Assembly (NCBI GenBank): GCA_046318155.1
Contig: JBKCUU010000002.1
Span: forward strand, 1 to 31,602
Origin: Bdellovibrio sp.
GTDB lineage: Bacteria; Bdellovibrionota; Bdellovibrionia; Bdellovibrionales; Bdellovibrionaceae
Direction: 5' to 3'
DNA length: 31,602 bases
Every line of letters starts with the position of its first letter. Position 1 is the first letter of the stretch. The notes under the pieces were generated by a model, which was not told where the DNA came from, ran no database searches, and saw only the letters and a program-made list of their open reading frames with translations. The translations under genes were made by a program, and so were the position numbers. Positions 26,184 through 31,602 of the stretch are shown piece after piece.

Positions 26184-27650
26184 TTAACCAGCGATTTTGA
26201 GCGACGAAGAGTCAAGATGACGAAAAGTCTTGAACGAGACGTTAATGGTCGTATTGGCCGCGTTAAAGTCGACTTCGAGGTTCCCATTGTGGGCGGTCAT
26301 AATGGCTTTGGATAAACTTAAGCCCAGTCCGGTTCCTTTGCCAACTTCTTTTGTCGTAAAGAATGGGGTCATGACCTTGTTTTGGATCTCTTTGGCAAAA
26401 CCCACCCCAGAATCAACAACCGAGAGGATCAGCAGACTGTCCTTCTCAAAGAGGTCAATCTTGATCCAGCGCTGCTCTTTGCCTTCCAGGGCGTCGACTG
26501 CATTGTTGATTAAGTTGACGATGATTTGAGCGATCTGAACTCGGCGGCAAGAAATTTCGTAACGATCAATGTTTTCAGAAATAAGGACTTCGATTTCTTT
26601 TTGACGAAGGCGCTCGTTCGACAGACCCATCGCATCTGTTAAAATAGTTGAGGCGGGAACAAAATCAAAGGGGTCGCGGCTCGCGTCCCTGGATAAAACC
26701 CGGAGGGACTGAATGATATCAGCAATCCTTTGCGTTGTTTTGACAATGGCATTGAGCGAATTGCGAACTTCGTCGGATATTTCTTTGCGCAAGGCCAATT
26801 GTGACTTACCCATAATGATGGCAAGGGGGTTGTTGATTTCGTGAGCGATCGACCCCGCCATTTCGCCCAAGGCGCTCCAGCGCGCGCTGGTCTCGAGCTT
26901 TTGACGTTGTTCTAAGATTGTGGCCGTTCGCTCTTCGACTCTTTTCTCGAGATCTAAATTCATTTCTTTCAGCGCCCAGTGCGACATCACCACTCGGTTC
27001 TTAATTGAGTTGATGTTATCAACAAGGGAGTCGAGTTCGTCATAGCCACCTTTGAGTGAAGCCCGGTCAATCTTGAGATTCGCGAGGCTTCGATCCAGTC
27101 GAAAACTCTCGAGATAAGTCGAAATTTTTAAGATAGGACGGACGAATGAGGTATTGACGATAAAAAATAAAACCAAGCCGACCAAGGCCGAAATGAAAAA
27201 CTGCTGGGCAAAAATTTTTAAAATTCCCGCGACGACGTTCTTTTGACTCTGCTGCAGTCCAGACCGAATTGTGAGAGTTCCCACTGGACGTTTCGAAAGG
27301 CCGTCAGGCGAAGACTCGAGCACGTAAGTCAGCTCAAGACGGACGTGCTCCGGCGATTTGCCTGCCGAGAGGGGAGAGCCCTGATCCGAATCGAGTGAAA
27401 CCCAGTCGACGTCGCCAACCAGAAGAAGGCTTTGGAGCGACTGCTCGGCGAGTGGTGTGTTATGCTTGACGAGAGCATCGGCCAGGCTCATACGGTGGGA
27501 TTCGACAACCTCATCGAGAAGCCAAGTTAAGTTAGCGTTTTGAGCCCGTTGCTGAGTCCACAATCCAATCCCGGTGAGGAGCAAAGTAAAAAGCAGAGTG
27601 CTGCCGACGGCTAGGCCGACGAGTTTGAGCGAGAGGCTGCGCTTAATCAT
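26184..27650 (-). CDS. Membrane sensor histidine kinase (TM, periplasmic domain, TM, HAMP, HisKA, HATPase_c)
   Basis: HAMP (RPILK...DELDSL); H-box IAHEINNPL; N-box QIIVNLINNAVDA; DSGVG; PFFTTKEVGKGTGLGLS. Start ATG 27650 or GTG 27671. Confidence 0.93.
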   Translation of the reverse strand: MIKRSLSLKLVGLAVGSTLLFTLLLTGIGLWTQQRAQNANLTWLLDEVVESHRMSLADALVKHNTPLAEQSLQSLLLVGDVDWVSLDSDQGSPLSAGKSPEHVRLELTYVLESSPDGLSKRPVGTLTIRSGLQQSQKNVVAGILKIFAQQFFISALVGLVLFFIVNTSFVRPILKISTYLESFRLDRSLANLKIDRASLKGGYDELDSLVDNINSIKNRVVMSHWALKEMNLDLEKRVEERTATILEQRQKLETSARWSALGEMAGSIAHEINNPLAIIMGKSQLALRKEISDEVRNSLNAIVKTTQRIADIIQSLRVLSRDASRDPFDFVPASTILTDAMGLSNERLRQKEIEVLISENIDRYEISCRRVQIAQIIVNLINNAVDALEGKEQRWIKIDLFEKDSLLILSVVDSGVGFAKEIQNKVMTPFFTTKEVGKGTGLGLSLSKAIMTAHNGNLEVDFNAANTTINVSFKTFRHLDSSSLKIAG

Positions 27651-27677
27651 ATCTGATTTTCGTGACTTCACCGCCCT

Positions 27678-27685
27678 TTATCGGC
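27678..27685 (-). promoter_or_regulatory. Possible sigma-28 -10 element upstream of the kinase
   Basis: Perfect GCCGATAA on the minus strand about 28 nt before ATG 27650; no convincing -35 at 15-nt spacing. Confidence 0.4.
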
Positions 27686-27737
27686 CGCAGAAGGCTCGTA
27701 ATCGAGTCTTGATTTGGTTCAAGCGTCTGAATCAGCC

Positions 27738-27759
27738 GCACTCGACCAGCACTCGACTA
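27738..27759. repeat. Tandem 11-bp direct repeat
   Basis: GCACTCGACCA followed immediately by GCACTCGACTA (one mismatch). Confidence 0.6.
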
Positions 27760-27807
27760 GAGTCTAGTTTTTCAGAGCAAATTCTTTGAGGGCAGCATCT
27801 GCAAGTG

Positions 27808-29478
27808 TCATTGAGCTTTTTGCCCGGTGGATGTCTGGCTTTTCCAGGTTAAGCCAGAAGCCAACATCAGGGGCAGGACCTGCAGTTCATCGTGAGCAAA
27901 GAGACTTGAAAAACTGACTCCAGAGTCCCCCCACAAAAGGGGCTCAAAACGACTTAGGGCCAGCCAAGTTCCAGGCGGAAAATTTTCCATCTTTTTTTCT
28001 GTACAAGAGAAAGCCGCATTTTTCGCCAGATTCATTTGCAGAAAATGCGTCCCTGAGTAAACAAAGACAGGCGCTGTTCCAAAAAATTTTTTGCAGAGTT
28101 CGGCAGATGGCCATGAGCTTGGATTTTCAGGATCAACCAAAAGAATTTTGGCAAAAACACCGGGGCCCACCTGAATGAAGTGATTCTTTTCGAGAGTCAG
28201 AAGAAAATCTTGGAAGTAATGAAAGCTTCGGTGTCCCATAAAGACCAACTCCAAAGACTTATTTTCAAGCAAAGACAGGATCTCTTGCTGATTTCCCGGA
28301 TGTTCGGGGGCAGGCCAGGCCAAAATCTGCCGCTGCTTCGACAAGACTCCGGTGGCGTCAAAGTACAGAGGATTCTGGTGATCACTCAAGTACTTCTGCA
28401 TTTGAATCATGGCAAGCCTTTGCGGAGCCGAAGGAATCATCTTCAAAGACAAAAAAACAAAACCGGCACTGGTCACACAAGAAACCAAGGCCAAACTAGA
28501 CGTCAGCTTTGGCATTTTCTCGAGGCCAAGCGCGCAGCAAGCCAAAGGAAACCACAACAAACTGTACAAGTAAAAAGGTAGACGATCGCTGTAACCCAGG
28601 ATCGCCAAAGCCAACATCAACAATGGAATTCGAGCAGGCCCTGTCAACACAAAGCTCAAGAGCAAAAGCGCCAGGACTTGAGGTTGCTGAACGCAGAACT
28701 CGAACACATGACTAAAGGAAGCCAGACTCCAGGCCGCCGGGCGATGCGCCGAAGGCCAATACGACTGGAAAAAAAAGGCCGTCGCTGTTTGCATTTCTTG
28801 CCAATTCAGAAAAGCCAAACCTAAAAAAAGAACAACCGGAAGCGCAAAAGCCCACCAAAAAAATGAATTCTGACCCTGGATTCGGAAGCGAGCTGGCAGG
28901 CTTTGCAGGCAAACAAAAAGAAGACCGACATGGATCATCGCTTTCGGCGTCACCAAGAGTGCCATCATCAGAAGCCCGACCAAGCAAATCAAAAAGTGCT
29001 GACGAGAAAGTTTTGACCCAACCTGCAAATAAAGAAAGAAAATCAGAAAACAAAAAAAGCTGGCCAGGCTATCCGAGCGTATTTTAAAGGACTGAGTCAG
29101 AAACAGAGCCGAGGTCCCCCACAAAAAAGTCAGAGCCCACGACAAAGCGACCGAGCCCGAAAGCTTCTTTGCCACTTTCTGAAACAGAAAAAGCTGCGCG
29201 AGGCCAAGACCCGCAAAAAAGACCCGATTGAAATCCACAACTGCAAGACTGCTCGGCGCTGCCCCTCCAATCAGTTTTAGAATCGAATAGAACAAGGGCT
29301 TGTAAAAAAAAGAAGGATCCAAGGGGCCCTGGGCTTTTTGCGACAAAGCCAATGCCCAGAGCTCAGAATCAGACCAGTGAAGATTTACGGCCAAGAAAAG
29401 ACTGCAGAGCCCAATCAGCAGCATTCCTAAAAAAGCAACTCGTCCATGAAGAGAAGATAAAAATCTTGCAAGCACCAT
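27808..29478 (-). CDS. Polytopic membrane protein, probable GT-C fold (ArnT/PMT-like) glycosyltransferase
   Basis: About 10 or more TM helices; acidic first loop (WSDSE); YKPLFY; RSD; TPK; soluble C-terminal domain; adjacent to GT2 genes. Confidence 0.6.
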   Translation of the reverse strand: MVLARFLSSLHGRVAFLGMLLIGLCSLFLAVNLHWSDSELWALALSQKAQGPLDPSFFYKPLFYSILKLIGGAAPSSLAVVDFNRVFFAGLGLAQLFLFQKVAKKLSGSVALSWALTFLWGTSALFLTQSFKIRSDSLASFFCFLIFFLYLQVGSKLSRQHFLICLVGLLMMALLVTPKAMIHVGLLFVCLQSLPARFRIQGQNSFFWWAFALPVVLFLGLAFLNWQEMQTATAFFFQSYWPSAHRPAAWSLASFSHVFEFCVQQPQVLALLLLSFVLTGPARIPLLMLALAILGYSDRLPFYLYSLLWFPLACCALGLEKMPKLTSSLALVSCVTSAGFVFLSLKMIPSAPQRLAMIQMQKYLSDHQNPLYFDATGVLSKQRQILAWPAPEHPGNQQEILSLLENKSLELVFMGHRSFHYFQDFLLTLEKNHFIQVGPGVFAKILLVDPENPSSWPSAELCKKFFGTAPVFVYSGTHFLQMNLAKNAAFSCTEKKMENFPPGTWLALSRFEPLLWGDSGVSFSSLFAHDELQVLPLMLASGLTWKSQTSTGQKAQ

Positions 29479-29579
29479 AAAAGGTTAACGGCAAATTTAA
29501 ACCGTCACAAGACAAATAGCAGGCGGCTTCGCCCAGCGCAGTTGACTTTGATTAGAACCTGCCAACAAGATGAGAATCT

Positions 29580-30590
29580 ATGCGTATCACCTACGGTGTC
29601 GTCTTTCACTCAGAAGCTGATCTGCTTGAAAAGAAAATCGTCGAATTTGACCAGTTTTTTCCAAGGCTCTTTTTTGAAGCTGTTTTTGTTTTGAATTCCT
29701 GTCCCCTAGAAATGAAAGAAAAAATTCTCACCATCAGCAAACAACATCCCCATCTGCCTCTTATGATTTTTGAACAATCTCAAAATCATTTAGGACAAGC
29801 TCGTCAATTGATTCTCCAAAAAGCCTCGGGTGAGTGGATCTATTTTTCTGACCCCGACTGCGAACTTCAAGCTAGCGCCCAAGAACATTGGTTGCTTGCA
29901 CTTGATTCCCTGGAAACCGAAAAGATCGGGGCCCTTGGCGGGGGCAATCGACCACCTGATCAAAAAGAAAATTTGATTTATCAAATGCTTGAAATCGCTG
30001 GACGGCATCCCTTTTTACATCAGTCCTCGATTCAGATTGCTCGGCCGCAGACAACTCTGAAGGTGCCTCTTCTGAGCACGTCGAACATGATGGTTCAAAA
30101 GAACTGGGCCCAGAGAGCCGGTGGATTTGATCACGATTTTGCCAAAGTCGGTGAAGACATGGCTTTTTGTCATCGTCTCAGAAAAGTGGGAGCCACGCTG
30201 GTGGCAGTGCCAGAGGTTGAGGTGGTGCACAGGCAATGCTCTGAATTAAAACCCTGGTTTCACAAAATGTTAGGATATGGAAGAGCACAGGTGCGAGTGG
30301 CCCAGAGCTATCCCAAGCATTTTGCAGGAATGCGGGGAGCCACTTACTTGCTCACGCTTTTGGTGGCGCTTGCTTTCATTCTGTGGCCCGCTGTTTTTTT
30401 GTTGATGGTGGGATTTTATACATTGGTGATCTTGCTTCTTTTTTGGATCAAGGCTCCCGAGCATCGTCCCAAATTTGTTCTTAAAATCGCGGGTCTGTTT
30501 CTACTGACACAAATGTTTTATGCTCTGGGTGAGATCGTCGGGACCTTTTTATTGACCGTAGAGACCCTTCGAAAAAAATCGACGTCTTAA
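29580..30590 (+). CDS. Family 2 glycosyltransferase with C-terminal TM helices
   Basis: GQARQ, DxD motif FSDPDC, GGFD, GEDMAF, VVH, YGRAQ, then about 3 hydrophobic helices. Confidence 0.85.
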   Translation: MRITYGVVFHSEADLLEKKIVEFDQFFPRLFFEAVFVLNSCPLEMKEKILTISKQHPHLPLMIFEQSQNHLGQARQLILQKASGEWIYFSDPDCELQASAQEHWLLALDSLETEKIGALGGGNRPPDQKENLIYQMLEIAGRHPFLHQSSIQIARPQTTLKVPLLSTSNMMVQKNWAQRAGGFDHDFAKVGEDMAFCHRLRKVGATLVAVPEVEVVHRQCSELKPWFHKMLGYGRAQVRVAQSYPKHFAGMRGATYLLTLLVALAFILWPAVFLLMVGFYTLVILLLFWIKAPEHRPKFVLKIAGLFLLTQMFYALGEIVGTFLLTVETLRKKSTS

Positions 30591-31391
30591 ATGCAGTCCC
30601 CAAAAAAAGCCTGTGCGCGAAACCAAAAAAAATAAACAAAGCCCCGGAAGCAAACAAAAATCTGGATTCGAAAAGCCGCGCAGCCTGTTAGCACTTTCAA
30701 GGCGGTAAAGACCCGCCGCTTTGCCTTGGTGAAACGCACGCTTAAAAAACTTCCTAAACCCAGAGGAGTCTTCGTGCAGAACGCGAAAATGAGAATGAAG
30801 CTTTGCCGGAATTTGGTGGTCGGACCAGAGCTGCTGAATCATGACTTTTTCTTCTCCGCCCCACGACAGATCCATTCGAAATTGAATTTTTTGAGCTACT
30901 TGATCTGTCATAAACAAACATCCGCCAAGCAGATGCTCGGTTCGCCCCTCTTCTTTTTTTCCGAACTCAAGCCAAATTTGTTGAGTTTGGTGATAAGTTT
31001 TTGCCCAATAACTGGCCGGACTTTGCAAAAAATAGTTACCGCCCCACAGAACACGGGGCTCTTGCTTGAGCACTTCAAGCACTCGTCTGATTGACTCAAA
31101 ATCAGGCAAGCAGTCCGCATCAAAAAGAAACCGCGCCTTACCCTTTGCGCAAGTAAGACCAAACTGCCGAGCCTGCCCAGGTCCTTCGATCGGGGCCGAA
31201 AAAAAACTCACCTCTGGGAACTGGGTGGCCAAAGCCTCACAAGAATTTGTTTTTTGACTAAAGACCACCAAAAGCTCGGTCCTAAAAAACAAGTCGGCTT
31301 CTTTTTTTAACTGCAAAAGTTTGCGAGGCACTTTTGACAAGTGCGGAGCTGTAAAAATCAGACTGATCAGCGGGAGCTCAGAATGGTCCAA
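30549..31391 (-). CDS. Divergent family 2 glycosyltransferase
   Basis: GPGQARQFG, DxD motif LFDADC, GGEE, VLH, RAFHQG; C-terminal hydrophobic helix. Confidence 0.78.
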   Translation of the reverse strand: MDHSELPLISLIFTAPHLSKVPRKLLQLKKEADLFFRTELLVVFSQKTNSCEALATQFPEVSFFSAPIEGPGQARQFGLTCAKGKARFLFDADCLPDFESIRRVLEVLKQEPRVLWGGNYFLQSPASYWAKTYHQTQQIWLEFGKKEEGRTEHLLGGCLFMTDQVAQKIQFRMDLSWGGEEKVMIQQLWSDHQIPAKLHSHFRVLHEDSSGFRKFFKRAFHQGKAAGLYRLESANRLRGFSNPDFCLLPGLCLFFLVSRTGFFWGLHLRRRFFSKGLYGQ

Positions 31392-31600
31392 AAAAATCTC
31401 CAGCCATCGACAATTGCACTTAACTTCGAAATTCCCGCGCGAGAATGGTAAGAGATTTCAACTTCTCCATAGGGAATTTTGGACTTTAAGATAAATAAAC
31501 TTAAGGCGATCGAATAACTAAAGTCATTCGGCCCTATTTGACAAAAAGAAGGAACCAGCTGGCGCCGAAAAAGACGCATGCCCGTGCAAGGGTCTCTTAA
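31367..31600 (-). CDS. 3' end of a DPM1-like (polyprenol-phosphate sugar synthase-like) GT2; runs off the right edge
   Basis: The frame stays open to the window edge: LRDPCTGMRLFRR...EVEISYHSRAGISKLSAIVDGWRF, matching the C-terminal pattern of DPM-like GT2 proteins. Confidence 0.75.
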   Translation of the reverse strand, partial: LRDPCTGMRLFRRQLVPSFCQIGPNDFSYSIALSLFILKSKIPYGEVEISYHSRAGISKLSAIVDGWRFFWTILSSR

Positions 31601-31602
31601 TG

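Noticed and set aside
29479..29579. GGCG-GCTT-CGCC hairpin and GCAGG/CCTGC pairing as a riboswitch (similar small hairpin at about 21637)
   Set aside because: The stems are only 4-5 bp and I could not see c-di-GMP (GEMM) or other riboswitch consensus features.
27808..31400. A/T homopolymer runs as phase-variation tracts
   Set aside because: Runs are about 8 nt or shorter, all frames are intact, and they mostly encode Phe/Lys-rich stretches.
1..31602. CRISPR array, tRNA/rRNA, IS or prophage, anti-phage defence system
   Set aside because: I saw no repeat-spacer periodicity, RNA-gene signatures, or transposase, integrase or phage genes. HrpB and RsmI are housekeeping RNA enzymes and the intergenic gaps are short.

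Overview
A gene-dense chromosomal window, most likely from a predatory Bdellovibrionota bacterium (inferred from a CdgA-like degenerate GGDEF protein, GYF_2/PilZ proteins and a VWA lipoprotein). I found no rRNA, tRNA, CRISPR array or mobile element. From left to right: (1) the 5' part of nadB on the minus strand; (2) a tightly coupled ten-gene plus-strand operon (821-13095) encoding a sensor kinase, a degenerate REC-GGDEF protein, alr, mlaE, mlaF, a long mlaD with a C-terminal beta-barrel-like domain, purH, a GYF-TM-TPR protein, a lipoprotein and a short cysE; (3) a minus-strand block of a HAD phosphatase, a small secreted protein that looks like an internally deleted phosphatase, rsmI and hrpB; (4) a stand-alone phnDCE-type ABC importer and a thioesterase; (5) a sigma-28-type promoter ahead of a GYF-GYF-PilZ gene and a MIDAS/VWA lipoprotein; (6) an orphan sensor kinase and a heterodimeric ABC exporter; (7) an A/T-tract-rich glycosylation cluster (one GT-C-like protein and three GT2 proteins) running off the right edge. 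The best candidates for an under-described system are the c-di-GMP/GYF/adhesin signalling genes and the minimal trans-envelope MlaEFD. All domain calls come from motif recognition by eye, not from database searches.
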